Positions 13,974-27,900 of a DNA stretch of 64,000 nucleotides are shown here, piece after piece. The stretch lies in the NCBI RefSeq assembly GCF_009914755.1, contig NC_060931.1. One strand, given 5' to 3'. The notes below the pieces were generated by a model. It had not been told where the DNA came from. It saw nothing but the letters and a program-made list of their open reading frames with translations, and did not search any database. A program made the translations under genes and the position numbers. The DNA is from the human T2T-CHM13v2.0 reference genome, Homo sapiens. How positions within the stretch are numbered: position 1 is the stretch's first letter; every line of letters starts with the position of its first letter.

Positions 13974-16900
13974 GAAAAAAGAATGAATAAGTTGTAGTGC
14001 CTGCCTCTAAGAAGCTTAAAGACTGGAAAATATTATGATGAGAGGATGTTTGTGACACAAGGAAGACAGTGAGAGGAAAGATGAGGAGAATCAGGATATG
14101 AAGTATCCACAGGCTAAACAGTCAAGGCCTGAATAATCAAACACAATTATACTATTTTAAAATGCCTGAAAATAAGTAACAGGTACACAAAAAGCCAACA
14201 GGACTGGCTTTGGAGGAAATAAAAGAGTCAGATGTTAGAAATTCTTCTTTTTCTTCTGGATGCATTTGAATCAGCAACCTAATCAAGCAATCCAAAACTC
14301 ACCAGATGCTCAAAGACAATAGTGTTCACCAGTGTCTAATTCCCATATTCAAATAAGAACCTGTAATCTGGGGAGGGGAGCTTAGATTGGATAATAGATT
14401 CAACAGCACTAAATGACAAAAATGAATTCTGCTGTGACTGAAACTGGCAGGAGTGCTAGATAAGTGTGTTAAGAATGAGCATTGCTCAGGATAAAGGCTG
14501 AGGCAAGGCTGATGGGAGATAAACTCAGTCCTCTGATGGAATGTGACAGTCTGAAGAAGGCAATATCAGATGGGTTGTGCAGAGACATGGCTGATGCCTC
14601 AAACAATCAAACTGATTATGTATCTTTTCAAACAAGACAATTAGGCGTGTATATAAATCTTCAGAAAACTGTGTTTTTGAGAGGGCTGGGTTTTGATCTA
14701 TGCCCACTGTATTTCATGCCCTGAAGATATAATTTCATGCATTAACTGACAGCTCTTGTCATTTTCTTTTTCCTTGCCACAAGCTTTGTTTCCAATTGGA
14801 AGTGCATCATCTAACATGTGATCTTTGGAAATATTTTTTAAAATATTCAACATATGTATGAAAAATAGCAGCTACAAAATCTTTTACATAAGCTATTTCA
14901 AGCAAATAAGTTTTTGGTTGATTTTTTGCTCCAGTAACATTTCATCAGTTCACAATATGAAACTGGTTGAGCCAGTCCATCATTGCAAAAAACTTCCTGA
15001 ATTTAAGAAAGCCAAGCAAAATGATATATCCCACTCATTAAAAAAAATATCAAGGTGACATCAGGAATATGGCAGAATAGGAAGCTCCTGCTTCTCCCTC
15101 TACCCACGAATCTACAAAAAAAAAAAAAAAAAAAAAAGCATCTATTCACAGATCAATTCCCTCTGAGAGAAAGTTAGATACCAGTTGAGAGACTCCTACC
15201 CACCAGGCAACTGAGAAAACACCCACATCAAACAAGTAGGCACACTCAGACACAGAGTCTCCCCAGGCACTGAGCCATAAAATCTTGAACGGAATCCCCA
15301 ACACCCAGCTTCTCCCTGTGGAGAGGAGGATTTGGACCCACATATAACACCCTAACTCTAAGAATTCCCTTGGCTTGACACTTAATTCACCAATTCTGGG
15401 AGCAGAAGGGATTAGACATAAAAGTCTCGCTAGACCACAGTGAAAAAGCATCAGTGTTACGCAAGCAGGCAAGCACTTCCAATGGCTTCATGCCCCAGGA
15501 GAGGTGCAGAAAAAGGCTTAAAAAATGTAGCCCTTTGTCTCCCTGGAAGGGACACATTCTCCCAGTGTTTAATTGGCAGCCTGACTTGTAACTAACTTGC
15601 TTCAGGGAGTTAAAGAACAAATAACGCACTGGCAGTCTGAGAAGCAGATCAGCATTTCTTAAGGTTTCCCCTCAGTTCACACCAGCAATAACTCCAGGTC
15701 TATTAATCTATCCTGGAAGGAATTTGTTCACACACCGAGCACCCCAACTTTTACAGCTTTCACCCAAGGGACTACATCCTAAACCTTCCAGCTCTGGGAG
15801 CAGAGGGGACTGGCATATATGTTTCTGTGGACCAGAGGAAAAAGGCAGTGTTTTATACAAGTATGCAAACATTTCCAGAGCCTTGGTCCCACAGGAGCAG
15901 TGCAGAGAAGGGGCTAAACTCAGCCCTGTTTCTCTCAAGAAGGAGTTTAGAGCATACTTTTCCAGTGGCTACTTGGCAGCCTGGCTTCCAACTAACTTGC
16001 ATCAGGGAGTTAAGGAGGCAGATAAATATTAACCCACCACCAGCCTGAGAAGCAGATTGGCTCTTCTGGAGTCTTCTCTCCAAGTTCACCACAGTGATAA
16101 CTCCAGTTCTATTAATTTTTCCTGGAAGGAGCTTGTCCATGCATTGAGTGTCCCAGCTTCTATCCAAGGTACTGCATCCTAAACATCCTACCTCTGGGAG
16201 CAGAGGGTACTAAGTATATGTGAGTCTACCTAGACCAAAGAAAAAACTGGCAATTTTATATACATGTGTAAGCACTTACAGGGGCTTCATTCCCTAGAAG
16301 CAATGCAGAGAAGGGGCTCTAAGCAGGCAGCTCTTTGTTTCTTCCTGGAAGGGGTTTATGCCTTTCACTGAGTGCCCCAGCTTTTACAGCTACCACCCAA
16401 AGGATTCCATTCTAAACCTCTTAGCTATGGAAAAAAGGGGACTAGGCATATTCAAGATTCCATAGATCACAGAATAAAGAGGTGTTTTTAAGTGAGCATG
16501 CAAATACTTCCAGGGGCTACATCTCCTTGGAGCAATGCAGAAAAGAGTGAGAACATGCAGCTTCCATTTCCTCTTCAGAAGGGGCTTATGGCACACAGTG
16601 ACAGTGGCTACTTAATGGCCTGGCTTCTAATGAACTTGCACTGGGGAGTTAACAGGGAAAAAAAAAAAACAGAGTAGCCCTCAGCAACAACCAGAGCCAA
16701 AGCCTGAAACTTCATATGCCTTTCCTCTAGCTCACCCAATAATAAATCCAGGTCTACTCATTCTTCTTGGAAGGAGTTTGGTCATGCACCAAGTGCCACA
16801 ACTTCTATATCCCACTCAAGTGACTGTCTCCTTAATGATCCAGCTCTAGGAGCCAATGGGGCTTTGCATTTATGAGTGGTCCTAGACCACAGAAAAGAAA

Positions 16901-17934
16901 ATGGTCAATATACAATGGGCCTACTTTCAGCAGCTATCTCCCCAGAATCAGAGAGTGCAGCCTGAATATGAGTTCAAGCATTTGCCACAGATCCTCTCCC
17001 TGGCTTACTGCAGAAAGAGTGGGAGATAAATATCCATGCCCAGCTTCACAGTGAAGAGAGAAAAAACTAGAACATATATTCAAATTCAACACCCTAACCT
17101 TTCCAGGTACATCTAGGGAGTCTGGATTCTAACTTACTTGTCTCAGAGTACTGACAGGATATGACATATCCTAAGCTCCAGGGGCCACCAAAAACACCGA
17201 TAGCAGTCTGGACAGACGCATAGATTTGAGAGGTAACTTAATATCTCTGGCTAGATGGACTGGTGAGGTACTTCTACAAGAAGCCAATCTGACACGACTT
17301 GGAGAGGTAGTTGTTTTATCTCATGTGCAGATACCAACACAGAGGGTCAAGAAAACAAAGTAAAGGTGAACATATCCTAAATAAAAAAACAAGATACATC
17401 TGAAACTGACCCAAGTGAAGTGGACGTATGTGATTTACCCACAGAGAGAATTCAAAATAATGGTCATAAAGATGCTCATTGATGACAGGAGAACAATGCA
17501 AGAACAAACTGAGAATTTCAACAAACAGAAAATATTAAAAATTACCAAACAGAAATCAGCAGAGCTGAGGAATACTACAGCTGAATTGAAAAAATTCAAT
17601 AGAGGGATTCAATAGCAAAATAGATCAAGCAGAAGAAAGGATCAGCGAGAACTTGCACAATCTGAGGAGCAAAAAGAAAAAAAAAATGAAAAAGAGTGAA
17701 GATAGGTTAAGAGACTATGGGGACACCATCAAGTGTAAGAACATGCAGATTATTGGTGCACCCAAAGGAGAAGAGACAGAAAAAGGGAAAGAAAACATAT
17801 TCAAAGAAATAATGGAAGAAAACTTCCCAAGCCTGGGACAACAAATAGAAATATAGATCCAGTAAGTCCAAAGGATACCAAATAAACTAATCCAAAGAAA
17901 CCCACACTGAGACACATTATAATCAAAAGTTGAA

Positions 17935-18132
17935 CACAATATATTTTAAAATAACTTAAAAAGTATAATTGGATTATTTGTGACTAAAAGGATAAATGCT
18001 TGAGGGGATGGATACCCCCATTCTCCATGATGTGCTTATTTTACATTTCATGCCTGTATCAAAACATCTCATATACCCCATAAATATATATATATATCTA
18101 CTATGTACCCACAAAAATTGAAAATAAAATAA
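17935..18132 (+). mobile_element. Younger L1MA 3' fragment nested in ORF1 of the older L1
   Basis: ggataaatgcttgaggggatggatacccc...atgtacccacaaaaattg plus A tail; flanked by aaaagtt(g/a)aa. Confidence 0.85.
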
Positions 18133-19269
18133 AAGTTAAAGACAAAAACAGAGTGCTGAAAGCAGCAAAGGAAAAGAGAATTGTTACATACAAGGGAAAC
18201 TCCTCCAGATTATCAGGGGATTTTTTTTTTAGCACAAATCTTGCAGACTAGAAGAGAGTAGAATGATATTCAAAATGCAGGAAAAAAATTTCAAAAATAC
18301 GCTACTCAGCAATCTTATCTTTCAAAAATGACAGGGTGATAAAGACTTTCTAAGACAAACAAAAGCTAAGAGTTTCTCACCATTAGAGCTGCCTTACAAG
18401 AAATGCTAATAGGAGTTCTCCCAGGTGAAGGAAGAAGATGTTAATTAGTAACATGAAAAAATATGAAAGTATAAAACTCATTGGTAAAGATACGTCCATT
18501 GTAAAATTCAAAACCCTCTAATACTGTAATAATGGTGGGTAAACAATTATATCTCTAGTATAAAAATTAAAAGGCAAAACTATTAAAAATAACTAAAGCC
18601 ACAATAATTTTTTAAAGATAAAAACTTTTTAAAAATGCAATTTATGATATCAAAAGCATAAAAGTTGGTAGAAGGGGAAGTAAAAGTGTATACAATCAAA
18701 TTTATACATTATCAGCTTAAAATGCACCATTATAAGATGTTTTATAAAATCCTCAGGGTAACCACAAAGCAAAAGTCTCTAATAGATAAACGAAGCCAAA
18801 AGAAAGGATCCAAAGCATACCATTATAAAAGTCCTCAAATCACAAGGGAATAAAGTAATAGAGGATGAAAGGAACAAAGAACCTACAAAACAATGAACAA
18901 AATGGTACTAGTAAGTTGTTATCTATCAGTAATTACTTTGAATGGAAATGGATTAAATTCTCCAATAAAAAGGCATAGAGTGGCTGAATGGATTAAAAAA
19001 AAAAATAAGACCCAAGTATATGCTGCCCACAAGAAATTCACTTCACCTTAAAAGAATACTCATAAATTGAAAATGAAGGAATGGAAAAAGATATTCCAAA
19101 TAAATGGAAACAAAAAGAGAGCAGTGGTAGCTATACTTATTTCAGACAAAATGAACTTTAGGTTAAAAATTGGAAAAAGAGAAAAAGAAGGTCATTATAT
19201 ATTGATGAAGGTGTAAATTCATCAAGAGGATATAACAATTATATATGCACCCAACATCAGAGCACCTAA

Positions 19270-19393
19270 ATATATATATATATTTTTATATATATATACT
19301 TATATATATATTTATATATATACTTGTATATATATTTATATATATATAAGTATATATATATTTTTATATATATATACTTATATATATATATAT
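19270..19393. repeat. (TA)n-rich microsatellite
   Basis: About 124 nt of interrupted TA repeat inside L1 ORF2. Confidence 0.95.
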
Positions 19394-19844
19394 AAAGCAA
19401 GCATTAAGAGATCTAAAGGGAGACATAGATTGCAACACAATAATAGTAGGAGATGTCAATACCACACTTTCAACATCAAACAGGTAATCCAAAAAGAAAA
19501 TCAATAAGGAAACATTGGACTTGAACTACACTTTAGACCAAATGGACTGAAAGACATATACAGAACACTTCATCCAACAGCAACAGAACATACATTCTTA
19601 CCAAGTGCACATGGAACACTGATCTTACGGGTCATATTCTAGGCTAGATTATATATTAGGCCAAAAAACGTGTCTTGACAAAAGATACTTCAAGTATCTT
19701 TTCTGACCAAAATAGTATGGAGCTAACAATCAATAACAGGAAGAATCACAGAAATGTAACAAATATGTGGAAATTAAACAATATGCTCCTGAACAATTAT
19801 TGGGTCAAAGAAGCATTTAAAAGGGAAATTAAAAAATACCTTGA

Positions 19845-20150
19845 GGACAAATGCAGTGGCTCATGCCTGTAATCCTAGCACTTTGGGAGGCCGAGGCAGG
19901 CAGATAGCTTGAGCTCAGGAGTTCAAGACCAGCCTGGGCAATGTGGTGAAACCCCACGTCTACAAAAAATACAAAAACAGCTGGGTGTGATGGTGTGCAT
20001 CTGTGGTCCCAGCTACGTGGGAGGCTGAAGTGGAAGGATCGCTTGAGCCCAGGGGGTGGGGTTGTAGTGAGCGGAGACTGCACCACTGTACTCCAGCCTG
20101 GATGACAGAGTGAGACTCTATCTCAAAAATAATAATAGTAAAGAAATAAA
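19845..20150 (+). mobile_element. Alu (AluJ type) nested in L1 ORF2
   Basis: Both arms; flanks aaataccttgag / ataacttgag. Confidence 0.93.
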
Positions 20151-20308
20151 AATATAACTTGAGACAAACAAATATGGAAACACAATATACCAAAACATAA
20201 GGGATGCAGCAAAAGCAGTTCTAAGAGGGAATTTTGTAACAATGAACACCTATATCAAAAAAGAAAAAAGATCTCAAATAAACAACCATGTTACACTTCA
20301 AGGAACTT

Positions 20309-20339
<31 letters not shown>

Positions 20340-22919
20340 AAGCCCTAAGCCCAAAGTTAGCAGAAGGAAGACAATAACAAACATCGAGAAGAAATAAATG
20401 AAACAGAGACTAGAAAAACAGTAGAAAAAATTTAGGAAAGCTAAACAAAACGGACAAACCCTTACTTAGGCTAAGAAAAAATAGATAAGACTCAAATAAA
20501 TAAAATCAGAAATAAAAGAGGAAACCTTAAAACTGGTAACACAGAATACAACTGATCTTAAGAGGCTACTATGAACAATTAGACATGAACAAATAGAACA
20601 ATCTAGAAGAAATGAATAAATTCCTGGAAATATATAACCTTCTGAGACTATATCACAAAGAAATATGAAATCCAAACAGACCAATAATGAGTAAAGAGAT
20701 TGAACCAGTAATTTAAAATCTATCATCAAAGTCCAGAACCAGATGGTTTCACAACTATATTCTATCAAACATTTAAAGAATTAAGTTTGAGTTCTTTCTC
20801 AAACTCTTACAAGAAAACAGAACAAGAGGGAATATTTCCAAACTCTATACTATAAAGCCAGCATTATCCTAATACTAAAGCTGGAGAAGGACACTACAAA
20901 AAAAAAACTACAGGCCAATATGACTGATGAACACAGATGCAAAAATACTCAACAAAATACTAGCAAACTATATTCGACAATATATTAAAAAGATATTTCA
21001 CTATGATCAAGTAGAATTTATCCCTGGAATGCAAGACTGGCTTAAAGTATGCAAATCAATAAATGTGATTCACTATATTAACAGAATAAAGGACAAAAAC
21101 CATATGATCATCTCAACAGATGCTGGAAAAAAATTAGAGATTTAAAAAATGTTCCTCAACACAATAAAAGCCATGTATGACAAGCTCACAGCTAACATCA
21201 TACTCAACAATGAAAAAGTAAAAGGCTTTTTCTTTGTGATGAGGAAAAAGACAAAGATGCCCACTCTCAACACTTCTGTTCAACATAGTACTGGAAAATG
21301 CTAGTCAGAGCAATTATGCAAAAGAAAGAAAAGGCATCTAAACAGGAAAGGATGAAGTGAAAGTATCTCTATTTGCAGACGAAATGACCTTACATATAGA
21401 AAATCCTAAAGACTCCACCAAAAAAAACTGTTAGAACTGATAAATGAATTCAGTGAAGTTGCAGGATACAAAATCAACTTACGAAAATCAGTAGTGTTTC
21501 TATATACTAATAATGAATTATCTAAAAAAGAAATTAAGAAAACAATTCTATTTACAATAGCATGAAAAATGTGAAATACTTAGGAGTAAATTTAGCCAAA
21601 GAAGTAAAGGATGTTCATACTGAAAAACTATAGAACATTGATGAAAAAAATTGAGGATGGCACAAATAAATGGAAAGATATTCTGTGTTCAAGGATTGTA
21701 AAAATATTGTTAAAATGTTCATACTATCCAATGTGATTTACAGATTTGATGCAATCCCCACTAAAATTCCAATGTCATTCTTCACAGAAATAGTAAAAAA
21801 CAATTCTAAAATTTGTATGAAACCACAAAAGACTGAATATCCACAGAAATCTTGACCAAAAAGAACAAAGTTGGAGTAATCACTCTACACGATTTCAAAA
21901 TATAGCACAAAGCTATAGTAATCAAAATGGCATGGTATTGGCATAAAAACAGGCACATCAACCAATGGATTAATATAGAGAGACTATTAACAGAAATAAG
22001 ATCACACACCTCCAGTCTTTTACTTTTCAACAGAAGTGCCAATAACACACCATGAAGAAAGGACAGTCTCTTCAATAAATGGTGTAGGGAAACCTGGATA
22101 TCCACATGCAGAAAAATGAAATTAGGTTCTTATCTCACCTCTTATACAAGAATCAACTTAAAATAGATAAAAAACATAAATTTAAGACCTGAAACTGTAA
22201 AACTACTAGAAGAAAGCATGACGGGAAAGCTCCTTGACACTGGTCTGAGCAGTGATTTCTTGGACATAATCCCAAAAATATAGGCAATGAAAGTAAAAAT
22301 AGACAAATTGTATTGCATCAAATTAAAAGCTTCTCCACAGCAAAGGTAACAATTAATACAGTGAAGAGATAAACCACAGATTAGAAGCAAATATTTGCAA
22401 ATTATTCATTGAATAGAGGTTAACATCCAAAATATGCAAGCAATTCAAACTACTCAAGAAGAAAATAACTCTATTACAGAATGGACAAAGGATTTGAATA
22501 GACATTTCTCAAAAGAAGACATACAAATGGACAATATACTCAATATCTCAAATTATAAGAGAAATGTAAATTAAAATCACAATGAAATATCACCTCACAC
22601 CTGTTGGCTTGGCTACTAGCAAAAAGATGAAAGAGAAGTGTTGGTAAGGATGTGAAGAAAAGGGGAACTTTGGTAGTACTGTAAATTAGTATAGCCATTT
22701 TGCAAAACAGTATGGAGGGTCCTCAAAAAATGAAAATTAGAATTACCGTATAATCCAGCAGTCCCACACTGGGTATATGCCCAAAGGAAATGAAATCAGT
22801 ATGTCAAAGAGATATTTGCATTTCCATGTTTATTGCAGCACTATTCACAATAGCCACAATATGTAAACAACCTAAGTGCCCATCAATGGATAAATGGATT
22901 TTTAAAATGTGATACATAT

Positions 22920-22920
<1 letters not shown>

Positions 22921-22948
<28 letters not shown>
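22921..22948. repeat. (CA)14 microsatellite
   Basis: Read directly. Confidence 0.95.
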
Positions 22949-22950
<2 letters not shown>

Positions 22951-24657
22951 TGAAATACTATTCAGCCTGTTTTAAAAAACGGAAAATTCTATCATTTGTG
23001 ACATGGATACACCTACAACATTATGTTAAGTGAAATAAGGCAAGCAAAAAGAGACAAATACCATAGATTTCACTTATATGTGAAATCTAAAATAGTCAAA
23101 CTTATAGAGGCAGGGAGTAGAATGGTTGTCCCCACAGGCTAGAGTGGGGGTGAACCAGAAAGGAGAGAAATTGGTCAACAAGTAGAAAGTTTCAGTTAGA
23201 TAGAAGTTCTGATGTTCTATTGCACAGAACGGTGACTACAGTATAGTTAATAATAACGTATTGTATATTTCAAAATGGGTAAAAGAGATTTTAATGATTC
23301 TCACCACCAAAAATGATAAACATTTGAGGTGATGGGTAAACTAATTGGCCTGCTTTGATCATTCCAAAATGTATACATGTATCAAAACATCACATTGTAC
23401 CCCATAACTATATGCAATTGTTTTTTGTAAGTTAACAAGAAACTTAAAAAAGATCAAAACCTTACTACATGCTTGATTTTCTATGGTATTTTTGAGTATT
23501 TACAGCTTCTGAGGTGCTCCATTTTCCTGTCCAGTTTAAATATTAGATTTTCCAGCCTGCTCATGTTTATCACGGTAAAATAAAATGGTTCCTATTTTTA
23601 AACTGCGAGGCCAGCTGGCTTGTAGACCACAAATAGGAGAGATTAAGAGAGTGGTTGAGAAAGGAGGTAATTTAGCCAGTGTACCTTCACAGTCTTTGGT
23701 TCTGCGCTTTCTCTCAGCAATCCTCGCTTTATTCACCCACCCACCATGATAGCTTTGGGCCCCAGAGCTCTTTAGTCAAGCGCTGTGAGCATGGAGAAGC
23801 CAAGCAAAGTGAGGTGCCAGGAAGATGGAACACCAGCATGGATTATAACCACAGCTCTACAAAGGCAAAGCCTATGAACAAGGCAATTATCACTCCTGCT
23901 CTGTGATAGGTTTACATCTGCATAATTCCCACTGGTTTAATGCTTTTGTTTGAAAAGCAATCAAAGGTAATCTGAAATCAGTCATCTAAGATAAATATTG
24001 CCCCTCTAAGCCAAATTTACCAATATCCACACGCATCATTAATAAGATGAAGAAAACTTCAGCAAATTAAAAGCCTTACTGGGACCATTTGTTCAAGGAA
24101 ATTGATCTGTTTCTTGAAGCACCAGTCACTAAAGGAATTCTAAGTGTCTTTTGCAGCTTAATCAGTCTTAAAATAGGATTGTTGGCAAATGTATAAGGAT
24201 TGAGGTGTGCCCTGACTAAACAAATGCAAACAAAGAGACTGTATTCAGTGCTGGGGCTGGAAAACCTATGCTGAAGCTACTTTCATGCATCAACATTCCA
24301 TACTTCCATATGGTTACTTTAAATGAATCTGCATTTAAGACTGAGTATCTCCAAATTCAGTTACTTTACCAATGAATATTATCTAAACCCCAATGAGAAA
24401 AGGCTTTTAAATAAATCTTGCTAATTTACTTTTAACCAATTCACTGGCTTTAATTTTATCCTTTGCAACTCAGGAGAGTATCTGGCTTTGTATTGGGTAA
24501 GTGATTAAATCATCAAGTGCACGTGATGAGTTATTTTCTTTTTGAACAACTCTGAAGACTTGACAAACTTTTTAGGTGCTAAGCTTCTAAAGGGAAAAGA
24601 ACCTGTGTGCAAACAGATTCTTCTGAATAGTCTGTGGTAGATTACAGTGATCTAAAC

Positions 24658-24990
24658 CAGGGGTCAACAAACTATAACCATTAGGCCAAATCCTAGCCCA
24701 TCACCTGTTTTTGTAAGACCTGAGAGCTAAGAAGGCTTTTACATTTTTAAATAGTTAGAAAGACATCAAAAGATTTCATGACACATGAAATTTAACTGAA
24801 ACTCAAATTTCAGTGTCCATAAATAAAGTTTTATTGGAATGCAGCCACGCCCATCCATTTACATTTTGTATGTGGTTGCTTTCATACTACAATGGCAGAG
24901 TTGAGTAAATGCAATAGAGCCCACATGCCCTGCAAAGCCAAAACTATGTACTATCTGACCCTTTACAAAAAAAATGTTTGCTGGGCTCTG
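24658..24990 (+). mobile_element. hAT-Charlie MITE, MER58B-like
   Basis: TIRs CAGGGGTCAACAAAC...GTTTGCTGGGCTCTG, 8-bp TSD atctaaac/atctagac, hallmark AAATAAAGTTTTATTGGAA. Confidence 0.9.
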
Positions 24991-27900
24991 ATCTAGACAA
25001 GTGTAATCATAATAGCGAATAATATCAATTATAATAGTAAATATAATTCTCTTTTCAATTATTCATTCCCATCTTAAAGTTTTACTTCTTTCATTTATGA
25101 TTCTAAAAGGAACTCATGTAAAAATGTTAAAATAAAAGTAAAATCCAGCAAGAGAATAATCTGTAGCCAGTTAGTATGAAGATGAATTCCATTTTAGCTT
25201 CCAACGAATGAGTCGGGTGTTGAGATTTCTAAAAGTTTACTCCTCTAAGGACATTTTCTTTGGGCAAACTCAGTTTAGGAGTTGGGCCTGTCAACTGCAA
25301 TCATATTCATGATTACTATAAATAGATATGAGGGAGGTTTAGTTTCTCTGAAGATCAACTCTACATACTCTTAGTGTACAAAGATAAACGTGAGCAGTAC
25401 ACTCACTTTAAACATGGCTAATGAAGTCATCCTCTCACAGCAACCCCCAGAGAAATTTATTTCTATGAGGAAGAGAGAAATTATGTACACATTAGCCTCC
25501 CATTAGAAATAACCATGTGCCACAGGAAGTAGTTCTATTGACAGACATCAAGTGAGAGTTGGCAAGATGGGTCTTGAAGAAGCAGTCAATCATGACCCAC
25601 CTGGGGACCTGGAGACCCCAGATGCTAAAGACTGGACCCAAGTAATTCTTCCACATAATCAATTTAAACAACCTTTTTTCTTTGGGAAGAAAATAAGGAC
25701 AGACATCTACACAAAAATACTATGAAATATTTTTAATCCTAGAAAGGATGTGATTACTAGTAACTAAAGAGGGGAAAAGTCAACAATAATGAAATTCAGG
25801 TTTTTTAATTCAGTGAACACATATCAAAATGCTCAATGTTGTTAAATGACATAATATAATTTATCCACAGAAGACATGTTCTCATCCATTGGAAAATTGA
25901 TTTAAATACGTTTTGACGAGTGCTAAGAGATGTTATAGGCAACAGTTGACTTAATGAAGTAGTTAAGGCTTCAAAATTGTGCCTTTTAGAAAAATAACAA
26001 ATAACTTCTTCTACCACTTAGGGGGGAAAAGGAACAAGTGTCAATCAAAAGTCACAGAAACATGATTAATTTATTCCTTTCAACATTTCACTGAGCTTTG
26101 CAAAGGCCAGGCATAAAACTAAAGGAAATTTTATAGCCAGGATTGGTCTAAATATTTTCCCCATAATATTCTTTCTGTCATACTTCTTCAGTGCTTGAAA
26201 TAAAATGACAAACCACTGGAATCCAAGGGAAAAAATCACCTCCTTCCCAAAGATGGGACTGTGCTGACAAAATATATTTAATATCTAAAATTAGAAATAA
26301 AATAAATTCTCCAATATCAACTACATTTTCGGAGAGTTCATTAAAATTTAAGGCATTTTTGACATGTCAGAGATTTTAGTCCAGTGACAGGAGAAGAAAG
26401 AAGCTACCTGGGAGAAAATCCCAATTATCTCTATGGCTTGGAACATACATATTGAACACAGTGGAAGATGAGGAGAAAGGTGACAGGTGGCTGTGGAAGT
26501 TTTCTCACTCTGTCCAGTCTATACAGCTTTGCCAGGGTTCCTCTGAAAGGTTTCATTTCAAATGTATTTTCACTCTTCTGTTTAAATTTTGATCAAAATG
26601 CAGACATGCTCATAAGCACTCTGTTGGCAGGATAAAAATGAAGAATGCCAACATAATGTCTTCTTTATAAGAACATTCAAGAAATTAAATGCAAAAAAAG
26701 GTTTATGCAAAGTGACTCCCTCCCTGAATCCCAGAGCAAACAATGACAACCTCACCTATACTCATATGTGCAACAGCAGAGATATACACAAAACATTCAT
26801 TCAATAATAACAGAATGGTCTAGTGTATTACCAATCAGCCAAATAAACACAATTATTCATTTTTCTCCCATTTTCCACAAAAATAAAGACACCACCTTCA
26901 GACACAAAAGTTACAAGTCATACTTCATTGGAATGCTTGGGGCAAATCATTTCCCTACATATATGCCCTGCCTCTCTCAGCCAATCACAACTATTTTTTT
27001 AAATCTGCATTAAGGTCTATAAAGATTACTGTTTATTGGAAACAAATAAGAGCACCTTAGATCAGCAATGGCCAGGAAACCCCCCTCTTTCCCAGTTTTA
27101 AATCAATTAAGGTTTACACGAAATTGGTCAAATCCAACTTCATTCATACTTCCTTCAACAAATAATATCCAAGTCGTGCTAATACCAGTAGCCCACCATA
27201 GAAAATATCACAATTATCTGGATCACTTTTGAATAAGAACAATAATTCTTTCATAACTGCTTATGAAATAACCACATTCTTATTATGAATACAATTATAT
27301 GTAATTTTTCAAAACTGAATTCCTGCCTTATTGGATTATTTTTTTAAAAAGTTTCTGAGAAAGTCAACATCCTCAAAGTCTTGCAGCAGAAAAATAACCA
27401 TATAACCTCTGGTGCTTGACAAAGAACAAAAGTCCCACTGACATTTTCTGGAGACCATGAAATTACCCCAGTATTTCATACAGTCATCTGTACTTATAGA
27501 CAAACCTTCTCACTCTCTTCTTCATGATTTTGCCAGTGATTTGATTGACAAGCTTTCCTATTTACTTTAATTATACTTCTAGCACTACATAAACTGTTTT
27601 AAGTCATTTGACTTCTATGATACTAGCAGCTAGTTTGCATTAATGGAGAATTAGGGCTTCTCGTTACCTTTCTTACTTTTTTGTTTTTTAGATTCCTTCA
27701 AACTTTCAGTCAAGCCCTTCTTACCAGCTCCAACGAGGATGGAATTTCAAAGGCAATTATAAATCTAGATAACCCAAGCACATGCTAACTCTTCCTGAAA
27801 TTTAAATCAAGAGAAGATAACCTATGGAAAAATGAAAAATTTATTGTCTTCATTGCTCACCATTTTTTAGTAGAAAAGCTGTTTTAAGGTCAGGAAAATA

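Larger units (their letters stand above)
15053..23450 (+). mobile_element. Near full-length ancient L1 (L1MA type): 5' UTR, decayed ORF1/ORF2, 3' UTR
   Basis: ORF1 remnants (EDRLRDYGDTIK..IIGAPKGEE..IFKEIMEENFP, 17653-17856), ORF2 RT remnant ([14 protein letters not shown]...HMIISTDA, 20927-21145), 3' UTR ending cacattgtaccccataa...; many stops and frameshifts. Confidence 0.95.

Noticed and set aside
15340-16900. Periodic repeats suggesting a CRISPR-like or novel array
   Set aside because: The units are ~400-bp diverged tandem copies without unique spacers, inside an L1 5' UTR of a primate genome.
17340-22600. Active L1 ORF1/ORF2
   Set aside because: Many stops, frameshifts, deletions and nested insertions; retrotransposition-dead.
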